A DNA stretch of 64,000 nt from Raillietiella orientalis (Eukaryota): positions 1,240,001-1,304,000 of the forward strand of contig JAYWIR010000011.1 in the NCBI GenBank assembly GCA_036172245.1. Reading direction: 5' to 3'. Shown here in pieces: positions 1 through 11,003 of the stretch (within the stretch, counting starts at the first letter, position 1; every line of letters starts with the position of its first letter). Made by a program: the position numbers and the translations under genes. The notes under the pieces were generated by a model. The model saw only the letters and a program-made list of their open reading frames with translations, searched no databases and had not been told where the DNA came from.

Positions 1-100
1 GCCTGGGCTTCCAGACCTCGTTCCTCAGCTCTCCCATCAAACAAGACCATGTGGACCGCCTTCGGGAAAGCACTCCGGAAGGTTCCGCGCTGGCGGTCGA

Positions 101-605
101 ATGTGTTTGATGTCTGTGCCGATGGTCGTCCTGCATTCGTGTTTCGCCGCGAGCCTTTCCGGTTCGGCCTGGAACCGCAGCCTGGAATCGGTTTCTCCGC
201 GCCAGCTGGTGATCAACACCGGCGAGATGCAAAATTTCATCATCTCTGCCACGCTCATGGTGCTCATCTTGCTCATCGCAATACCCATCTCCGTGTTTTC
301 CTTGACCGACATTCAGTTTATTCTCGATGGAACTCAACCCGTCTTCCCCAACCTGGATGACAAGAAGACGAGTGCGGAGGACGATGGTTACGATTACCTT
401 TCCGGCATGAGGTTGGTGACATTGCTGCCCCCCTCCCCCCCCCCTCAAATGCGCAAGTCGCAGCGGCTTTTTCCTTTGAAAGGAATAGGAGTTTATCAGG
501 GAGAGGTGGCATCGGCCACTCCTGCTCAGGGTACGCGCCCTTGACCGCTTCTTCGCCGTCTTTCACTCTACATTCACGGTTTCCGGGTTTCGGGATGGAC
601 GATGA
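101..605 (+). CDS. Candidate small signal-peptide/single-TM protein, two exons (101-411, 530-605)
   Basis: ORF has a weakly hydrophobic N-terminus and a strong hydrophobic stretch FIISATLMVLILLIAIPISVFSL, then an acidic/Tyr segment. Donor AG|GTTGGT at 411/412 and acceptor ctcag|G at 529/530 join in phase 2 to give ...GMRVRALDRFFAVFHSTFTVSGFRDGR*. The frame is open to the window edge, so the start is uncertain. Confidence 0.35.
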
Positions 606-3316
606 CGACCTCGTCGTCCATGACGTGCTCATGCGGGGACGGTGCAGACCGCGCCTTCGCGTTCGCGAGCGGGCCTCCACACCTTTTGCCCCCCCCCCCC
701 CCCACACAGAGGTGTACCTCAATACGAGGCGGAAGCACAGAGGGAAAGAAGGCGAGAGGGAAATTCCACAACGCTTCGTGCCTTGGAATTCTCTTTTATT
801 TTCGAAAACAAAAAAAGAAAAAGAACGGAGAGTAAAAACAGCAGAAGATTCACAGGCTGTGGTTGCGATTTGTTCTTTGCGCCGTGTCACTTGTGTGAGT
901 CCTTCCCGTGCCTTGTAGGTGTTTCTTCCCGTAGGTAGGGTAGGGGCGTTCGGGAACGGCTCAGGATTTTGCACTCTCGTTCGAGTCTGCCTACTGCAGC
1001 CCGTGGGGGTCCCTTGTCCCCAACGCTTGCACTGGAACATTCGCACCGAGGAGAATTCGTTCCAGATCACTCGATGGCTTCGTAGGCGTGGGGAGAGGGA
1101 ATTTCGCATGGGATTCCTAAGCTGACAGTAACACTGAAGATCGCGTGCCCGCATCAGGAAACCAGACGTCTAGGGCCCAAGGGGCAAGCCACGTCTCTTC
1201 AAGCTCGGGGGACTGGCGTAGGACACGGACCACAGTAGCTGCATGGAGGGACGTAATAAATAACGAAAAAGACGAGTATCTTGCGGTGAAAACCGAGCAT
1301 CATTTTTTCCCATCAAGTTCGGAAACCGGCAGCCTGCTGTGCTGTTTCATCAGCTTTGGATAGATGGCTGAAGACTGACGTCACTAGCAGCTTCTTCGGT
1401 ACGGAGTTTGCGCGGAAGAACTGGGAATAGCAAGCGCTATTTCAGTGAGACAAGGAAAAAGCTCTTCCCGGGACCGCTTGGGGGGGGAGGGGGGGCTTTC
1501 GGGGAGACCGTTCAGGCGACGCGGTCTGTAAGAAGCACAAGAGACAAGCGCACAAGGGCTTACATCCGCCAACAGTCTCTGAGAAGGCGGCCGGGTACAT
1601 TGCACGCGCCCACCTCTGGTTTCCTCTCGGATGCCAGAACCTACTACATGGGGAGCCTCCTCGTCGGTTTTTGTCGGAACGTCCTCAAGCAGTAGCTGCC
1701 ACTGACCCCTCCACTTTCGTGTGATTTCCTATTCTAATGCCGTTCCAAGGTCATCTCTGGCAAGCCAGCCCGAAGGCGAACAAGAAAATGGGGACCACAC
1801 AGGAGACCATCATGCGTGTGGTTGCGAAGTGTCGTGTCCGTCGCGAAAATGGCAGCGTCTCGCGGGCGGCGAGGACCAGGGAGGGCGGGTGCCTTCTAAG
1901 TGTTTTCTCTTCCTGCTGACGAAATGGACAGCATGCCAAGGGAGTGGTCCCCCGGTAGAATCTGGGGCAAGTCTTTTGTTCCCAACAAAGGATCAGAGCT
2001 CCTGTTCCCCACGCTCCTTTCGAAATTCTGAGCTTCGCAGGATCTTAAGCGTAGTGGAGCATGACCTCTTCGTATCCGAGACGCCACAAGCCTGCCAACC
2101 AGGATGTGTCCGAATGTGCGAAGAGTCGATGGGCAAGCAGTCGTCGCCAGCGTGCGCTCGCTGCACACCACGTGCTTCCGGCGAAAAGCAAAAAGAGTTG
2201 CTTGGGTTCGGTCGTCTGGCTTTCGTCACGTGCATCCCACTCGTGCCAATGAGCTCCTCTCCTGCACACACAGTGCATGCGACACCGCACTCTAGATCGC
2301 ACGCAGGGCACTAAGCAACGAAACAGCTGCCGACTTGATTTTGGGTCCGTTTCCCTTCCCGAAACCGATCACCGTCCGCGGAGGCCGACACGAGCTTTCC
2401 GGAAAACTCTTTGTGTTCGGGGAAGGTCCGTCGTCCGGTTCCCGGTGCCTTCCCCATCTGGCGCTATCCGTTTTCCAAAAGCACACGGTCCAAATCCACG
2501 AAATGGATCCATGGGGATCCTCCCTTACTTCGGAATTCGAACACCAAAATACGGACGCTCCGATTGCAGCCCTTCGGCGTGTAAGGTCACGTAAAGGACG
2601 TTTCTAAAACTGTCCCCTTTACTCATTGGAAAACATTCGCCAATGGACCCTGATTTTTATTTTTTTATTTTGCAAATTTCTTGTTCCTATGTAATAACGA
2701 AACTGCTCGTGACGATTGCTTACTTTTACAAACACGTCAGACTGTTATCACCGCTACAGGCAATGCTCGACGATTCATCGGTACTGTGTATTTGCTTTTT
2801 CCAGGAAATACGGAAACCTGGAGCGCGTGCCTCACATGATAGAAGACTTCCATACGAAATACCACGGAGGCGACTGAACGGCGTTGGAACGAAAACACAC
2901 GTGCTGCACTGCCGTACTGCACCACGCACGTCCACAAGGCCTCCGATCATCCGAAGTAACGAGCATCCCTTCTCAAAAGTCGAAGATAGCAGCAGCACAC
3001 ATCCACGCGCTCGTGTACACGAAAACGACGGCCGAAAGAAAGAAAGTGTACTATTATGCTTCCTTCGCGCCTCGGGTTATTTGCACACAAACACTTTGTG
3101 ACTATGTGATCAGAACGCACGGAAACGACGACCAGGGACCGAACACGGCAACGTCATCCATCGCCGGCCACATGCGGGGGAAAGGCCTCCCCCCCCCCAT
3201 CCACTTTCCGGATTCCTCAAACACCAGCAAAACGCGGATTCATCGCTCTGCACGACTGCGGGATTTCGTGGTCAGGGAAACCGGGCTCCACGCGACTTTG
3301 GATGGGGGGGGGGAAG

Positions 3317-3350
<34 letters not shown>
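3317..3350. repeat. (GCAC)n tetranucleotide microsatellite
   Basis: About 8 perfect GCAC units read directly. Confidence 0.9.
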
Positions 3351-3739
3351 TGCCGATTCATCCGACGCAGCGACGAGAGGGAGAGGGCGCTGAGTGCGGA
3401 AACAGCCGAGAGAACCTTCGGACTTCACACTTCGCAACTTCACGCTCGAGAGAATGCTCCGTTGCCACGGGCGTTTTCCTCCCAGCGGCGGCTCTCGACG
3501 TGAACGGAAGGGTCGAACGTCCGGCACGGATCGCCAGGGGCAGCGCCGGGACGTCCGCCGGCTGCTCCGGGCACACGCGCCACCGAGATGCGGGAGCGTC
3601 TCCATGGCACCGGCCGGGGAGGAGGCGGCGACGGGAATCGCAGTTCGAGAGCGTGGGCGAAGTCTCTTCGCACAGCCTCCCGTTGCTGAAATTTCGGACG
3701 AGCTTTCAAAAAATGAAAAACGAACATACAAGTATGCAA

Positions 3740-3745
3740 TTTATT
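3740..3745 (-). other. Candidate polyadenylation signal (AATAAA) of Rbfox
   Basis: AATAAA on the minus strand about 500 nt after the Rbfox stop, at the edge of the AT-rich 3' UTR-like tract. Confidence 0.35.
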
Positions 3746-4249
3746 TCAAAATTTGAAATCCATAATTAAAACAATAAAATGGTCATAATAATTATTTCGT
3801 AATTTCAAATAACAACAACAAAAAAAAAAAAAAAAAAAAAAAACAAGATAAAACGTGATGCATGATGCAAGTGTTACAAAGAAATGTTTTCATTTCATGT
3901 TTTGCATATGAGTATTAAAAATTATACAGTTCACACCAAGAGCGAGTATTGAAGTACACAGCTGTTTAATACCCGTCGACTCTGGATTCAAATAATGAAA
4001 AAACTGTTGAATACTGTCAAAAAGGCTAAATCACTATCATGATCCTTGCTTCAATAATAATAATAATAATGATGATAATAAATTATATATATATATATAT
4101 AAAAAAAATCAACTCAAGAGTTCACATCTGCTTCAAATGCAATTCGATATACTAGGTCTTTCTGCCTCCATCAATCTTGAGCACACATAATTGGGGATGA
4201 AGAAAAAAGACGAGGTACGGAAAAACCGGCCCGTGTCCGTCTGGCCTTT

Positions 4250-4294
4250 TCAGTAGGGGGCGAACCGGTTGTAATTGCCCCTGTACAACGCTGC
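4250..4294 (-). CDS. Rbfox1: Rbfox last coding exon ([14 protein letters not shown])
   Basis: Acceptor tttgttccag, conserved RFAPY PY-NLS end, TGA at 4250-4252. Confidence 0.92.
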   Translation of the reverse strand, partial: AALYRGNYNRFAPY

Positions 4295-7200
4295 CTGGAA
4301 CAAAAAGCAAGGGAAAAAAAAAGGGGGGGGAAAAGGAAAGGGCACGAATCATACACATATACATTTGGCGCAGCTGGTACAGGCTACGCAAGCAATACAC
4401 GTTATCTGGAAGCAAGCGCACGGGGATTAGCATTTTCACCACGTCGCCGTGGTGTATCTGGCTTTGCTACAGTGCTACAACTGATCTACGAAACCGATAA
4501 AGCTGATAACATGTGCCTTTCATGAGGAAGCATTAGCGCGTCTCAACTGCTCGCACAACGCACTCTCTCACTCGGGGATGTACCTGGCGGTGGAGCAGAA
4601 CTTTTTGCACAGATTCGCACGTGTGAAATCTGAATCGAAAACGTGGACGCCGTGTACCACCACCACCGCTTGCAGATCATTTTTCCCTCGCCAGATGCTG
4701 ACGAGTAAACGGATTTCAAAAATTAGGACTGTGGACTTTAAGACGGCGGCGTTTTCCTTCTGCTTTCCTTTCCTTTCCTCCCCGTTCATTCACATAAAAG
4801 GACATTCGTTACTTTGGAGACCACGGGAAAAATTTCTAAACACAAAAAAGAAAGGAAGGGAACAGTACGATTGCCGGCAGAGAGACCACCGGTGATGACG
4901 ACCTTTCGACCGCAACACGCTGAGGATCGAACCCGAACCCCGCTGACCTCTTGCAGAGCCTCCACCCGTGGCGAGAGAACCGCCTGCAACCTCACCAGCT
5001 CGAAATTCTACAGCAGCTGGTAGCAGCAAAAGTGGCGCCGAGGCCTCTGGAGGCACTCGCGAGCAAACACTTGCTGCGACACTACGAATGACTTGCTGAA
5101 GGAGCGAAAACACCGACCTGTTATTAAACACGCCGAGCGCTAAATAGGAACCAAAAAAAAAAGAACTGAAAAAAAAAAAAAAAAAAAAAAAACGACCAGA
5201 AGACAGGATAAACCGCAGCATCCAACCACAAAAAGGAAAAAATTACATACGTAAAAGTCGAATTCTCCGTATGCTAACTACGGTAAGCAAAATTCTGAAA
5301 ACTCATTCCTAGAAGAACTTGAGGATTCACATAAACATTTCAAGAAACACACGTATTACGAAATTTCGACTTGCACGGGAAAACTTTAGTGAAAAATCCT
5401 TTTTCCAAGAAAATGGCCTGACATCAAACGTTGGGCTTGCCTGCATTCGGTGAACACGAACCGATTTCAAAAAAAGGAAACCCCATGGTAGTTCAGCAAG
5501 GCATTCACTACGAAATCCGATCTGCACCTCGCAGCTGTTAGAACTTGCAGAGTTGGAACGACTAGAATCTGATACATACGAAAAAACAAACAAAAAAAAA
5601 TGCTGCATTATTTTCTCTGTTAACTTCTGATAATTGAAGTCCACTGAGAGAATTCTCAATCGGTCTATCAAATACAGATTTCAATTCAGGATTTACCTAC
5701 TTCAGTCCATGTGCTACTTCCCTTCCATCTATCATGTTTTTAAGAGAGATTATTAATCTGTTCCAACCTCCTGGATTGAACTGCACTGTGAAATTGGGAG
5801 GACTACATAAATTGAATAAAAAGCGCCCCTAAGGCATCCACTTTTCTCTTTGAACAATTCATAATGGCCACCAAATCGCTATCACCTATTAGTGGATGCT
5901 GAAACAGCAGCAAACTACCATCTTAATAAATCCACAAATGGTTTTCACTCCCAATGTACAAGCTTAAGCAAACTGAATGGAAACTTCCGAAATTTAACCA
6001 ATTTCACACATGATACAGCTGAAATAAGTGCTGACTGGATTACAACCTCCTACTTTTCGAATCGCAAAGATGAAAAAGTCCAGTTCACATCTCACACATG
6101 CTCTAAAATGCTGACTTCAAATGTGCACTGCACTAATACCAAATGTCTTCCATAATAATAAATTCCTTGGAATGAATTTAGTTCTTGATTCGTGACTATC
6201 ATCTCAGATATTTCCTTTTCATTTCTGTGTGCATTAAAGGTAATCCGGGCTGGGAATGAGAAATGTCAAGCACAACACAAAACTGAATTTGCAGCCAATA
6301 CCACTGGAACATCACAAGTGCTTTGCTGGACCCCAAAAGGATGCCTAAATCACTACCCTAAACTTAATGAAATCTGTATTTATGAAATCATACAGTTGTT
6401 ACTTATGCACACCGTATTTGTCATGATACAATATGGGCCAATGGACATGCAAATAAACACTCTTTATGAGATACCCTGTCTCAAGAAAACTCATTAACCA
6501 CGTCTCGTATTCGTCATTGACGTGATAGACATAAATTTTATTTGATGCCTCTAAAATTATGCAAGGACCCTAATAAACAATAATATAATTCTAATGAAAT
6601 ACTTGAATATGAAATATTAGCATGAAATAGCTAACAAAAAACAAAATACTTTTGTAATTAAAATGCATTGAACATTCAGTAGAATTGCAAAAATGTATAA
6701 AAATCTTAGCATCACTTTAAGAGACTGAGGATGACCTACTCCATAACCTGCAACAGGTCCAATACCATGTCCTGCAATATATGGGTCTGTGTACTCCCGG
6801 GTGTACCTAAGAAAACGGAGATCTACAGTTGAGCAGACAATGTCAAATAATGAGTGCAACAAGATGATGCTTACTCATTACACAATCTGAATCACAAACA
6901 GAATAAGAATATTAATAAATTGATGGAACTAAATAAAACAGAATGAAACCAATCACTATTTTTACATAAAGGGAAATCAAAATGATCAACAGGACAAAAC
7001 TTTTATGATACATTACCCTGGTAAAGATGTGTATCCTGTCACAGCAGCAGCTGCTGCTGCTGTTGAAGGCTGAGCTACAGCAGCCGCTGCAGCAGCTGCA
7101 TTATATGCCCGTGCTGCAGCTGCAGTATAAGAAGCTGCAGCAGCATAATTGGCCTGGAAATGATAATTAGGAAGAAGTACTTTACAACAAGTACTTTGAT

Positions 7201-10200
7201 CGAATAAGACTTTTTCACAAAAATAGTAATGGTAAAACGAATCTATAAAAATTCCCTATAAGCACACAAATATGTATACATAATTTATCAACTCTTTACA
7301 CAATTACATCCTTGAGGAAAACCTTGACTTGATCCACCTGATAACAATATAGAGGCCAATAACTAGCTTTTTTCTACAAACTACTTCAAAACATCTTTTC
7401 AAAGAAAAAAAATCTGTGAGGAAAAAGCTCAATCAAAAAAAATGTTAGAGGGGAAGAAAAAGAAAAGGAAAGAAAAAAGCTCTTGAAGTACACAGTAAAG
7501 CACAAGGGAATAAACTAAAATATGCACACTCGTGAAAACCTTTCATCGAAATTTCAATTAAATATTCAACTAATTATACTGATCATTTTCACAAATTTGC
7601 TTTCTGATCAAGTTAAACAATTCTGTGAAAACGGTATAAAGGTTGAAGCATGTTGTTATTTCAATTTTCAAATCCTGATTAAAGTGCTGATCACAAATGC
7701 AAGAGTTCTGGACTGTGGAATCCCCTTTTCGAGTCTAAAAACATCTCAGATATGTGATGCCTGGCTAATATGAAAGCTCGCTGTCCCAATGAAAATATAC
7801 AAGAGACCGTATAATAGATCTCAAAAACGTTTCACACACTCACTCAGTTTTTCAAGTAATGCACAATCAACATTCAATCGACTTACTTTTAGGAGACAAG
7901 GATGGAAATTAGCTTCAAATGTTCTCATTTGGAAATAATGATCTGATTAAATGAAATTGTGGTACAAAGTTATGCATGTTATGATAGTGCAAGTTTGGTG
8001 GAATAAATATGCCAAACTGACAATAAATTCTCGCATCAAACGATGATGAGTGTATTAAATTGGGCACAATTATGCACATACTACATTCCACTACCGAGGA
8101 TGTGTTAGTTGATGGTATGTGACATTTCAGATTTTGCTTTTCATTTAATCGCTGTTCAGAATTTTCAAATAGCAACTTTTCAGGGGGTGAAAACAAATGC
8201 TCAAAATACAAGAAATCCAATAATCATTGCTGTGGAAGTCCCCATGTGCAGAATTGAGTGTTTTCAACACATATTTATAATGGGAAATTCTATCTAAGTG
8301 AATACTATCAATGTATTATGAGACTGAAGGTTTGGTTAAAATGAAATAGAAAAACAGAAGGGCAAGTAACTGCATATGTTAATTCGAGCCACCGTGTTCA
8401 TTCTCTTGGAAATTCTCTGGAGGACTAATTACAAATCATATTGCACTATTAACATGAAGAGAGAATATTTTATGTGCACGTACAAAGACTACAGAATTTC
8501 AAATTAGTGCACAATTCATTGCAAATGCAAATAGGACATTTTATGGATTCAAGTCAACTCACTGTCCTTTAATGTAACCATTCACACGAAATCTGTTCAT
8601 TCTTAAAGACAAAATGAACAAGAACACACATGACAGGAAGCAATGCATTAATTCACTGTGAGTACACTGCTGCCAGTAGCTGATCCTTAGATTAGTAATT
8701 TTAAACAATTACAATCAGCAGCATTTCCAGATAGAAATCTGGAAAAAAATCTCAACTCAGCAGTCACACACACACACACACCATAAAACCACAAATCTTT
8801 TAATTTTCTAACCTGTAATCTGTATGCATCAGTTACTTGGGCAGCAAAAAAAGGATCATATGCATAAATGCTAAAAAGAGCACAAAAAAAAAACACACGA
8901 TTAAATCATTGGATTCATATATTTCACGGAATCACTGAATTTTATGCATATTACATACAGAAGAAAGAGAGAGAAAAAAAAAACAATACATGAAAGGCTT
9001 ACCAACTCTCATAAACATAGTCACGATTTTCAAAGATTTGCAGGCAAAAAAAAAAAAAAAAATGATGCTTTTCGAATGGAAGGCACGTGGTTGTGGGGAG
9101 GCACAGTGAATTTCAAAAATTTGGAAACGAACACCAGAACCATAAGTTCCTGTTCGCACCAATGATATACCGAATTCTACGGGAGCGGAATCTGCTTCCA
9201 AGTTTTAAACTCGAGATTCTTCAACTTGTACCAAGCGAATAATTTATTCTACAATTTCGAGCCTCCGGAGCGATCGCGATCTTGGCTCAAGGGAGACATT
9301 CTTATATGCCTTTAGGGTGTTGTTTCGCACTTACATTTAGGTCTTATAAAACCTCAGCGTGGGTGAGTGGGGGGTAGTTGGCCACACGTAGCAGCAGGTT
9401 TTCAAGGGTGCTCGCGGCTAAAGGTTTCCTGATTTAAAAGCTCCACGGTTTGGATCCGCCCGATGTCCCTCCACTCGCTGAGAGAGGCTCATCCCGAGCC
9501 GGGAAAAGACCTATCGGGCTACCCCACACAAGGAGAATTGCATGCAGGGGGTGGGGTGGGGGGTGGGGGTGGTGGAAATGAAGTATTTCGTTTTGGCTAC
9601 ATATGTGGTACTCGAAACGATTCGCGAAATGTACTTACGGAGCATAGGCGCCGTGCAAAGCCGTGGCTGCTGCTGCTGCTGTTAGTGGAGGTCGGGCGAA
9701 CGAGGCGGCAGTTGTGGGATATACAGAGCCAGCAACTGCTGCTGCAGCAGCTCTTGTCCGACCTCTCTGGAGCGCTATACCACGAAGCGTCGCTACTAAA
9801 ATGGGAGGTCGCAATGAGACCTACTGGAGTGAGCACACAAGAAGTCACACAGCTCCAAAACACTGTGGCACATGTTTGCAAGGCAGAGAGTATGCAAAGA
9901 TTCAGGCGGGATACACGGGAGGAAGTCGGAAGATGTTTTTTTTTTTTTGCTGTTTGTAAAACGGCAAAAAGGAGGTAACCAAAGGGGAAGTCATTAAAAG
10001 GAGGAAGAACCAACGATGCATAAACCATACCATTAGGAAGAGACTGTGATTTCTTAGTTTGCACGCGAGCAGTTGCATTGTTAACCTGAAAAGGAAAACT
10101 GCATCAAATATTCAGTAGCAGAACGTTTAAGCATTGATTATCCAATAATTTACAAGTCTAAAACAATATCTGATTTATCTTTTTAAATATCGAAAAACAG

Positions 10201-10970
10201 TAAGATGCAACGACAATTTTAAAAAAAAAAAAAAAAAATGTGCAAAACAAGGTGGCAACTAATTCTTATTTTCGCAAAAAGGGCAGCTCGTTTTAATGAA
10301 GTCTTATGCAGCCGCAATCATCGTTCGCTGCAACCGTGACCTTAGATAAATTCAAATTCCGAATGCTTTATGCACCACGAGCTTTATTTTCTTCCTTTTT
10401 TTTTTTTCTCTCTCTCTCTCTCTCGCTTTTTCGTCTTGGAAGCAATTCTGAATGCAATTGCGGATCACTACATGGGAAGAGCAAATCATGCAAAACGCTT
10501 TTCTTAATTCTTCGAGGCTCATCAATTTTATCTTCCAGCCACGAAAAGCGCGGTAACACTGCTTGCGCCTGGCAGTCTCATTCTGACACGCTAATGAATT
10601 TCTCTCTCTCTCTCTCTTTTTTTTTTTTTAAAAAAAAAAAACACACACACACACACACAAACTACGGTACAAGTTAATCACATGTTTTTGAAAAACTGTA
10701 CTGTACTCATAAAGGGTGCTTGCTATGTAAGAACGGGGAGCACCCCCACGAATTTACCGGTCACGACGTACAATTTAGAGGCCCTACGTGACCATAACGC
10801 GCTCGTAATCAGACTGGGTGAACGTTAAGGTTACACAAAACCGTTAAAATGAAGTCATACGGAACAAGATCCACATAATAATAATAATAACAACAACAAC
10901 AACAACAACAATAATAATAAAAAAAAAATAATAAAACTGAAGACTCACCTTCCCATAAAACCAGCTCAAA

Positions 10971-11003
<33 letters not shown>

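Noticed and set aside
1134..1170. CTGAAGA...GAAAC...GTC hammerhead-like core
   Set aside because: Stems I and II do not pair adjacent to the core.
1693..1700. GGCAGCTA (miR-980/miR-22-family seed match) downstream of Rbfox
   Set aside because: About 2.5 kb past the stop and beyond the likely poly(A) signal; a single 8-mer is expected by chance.
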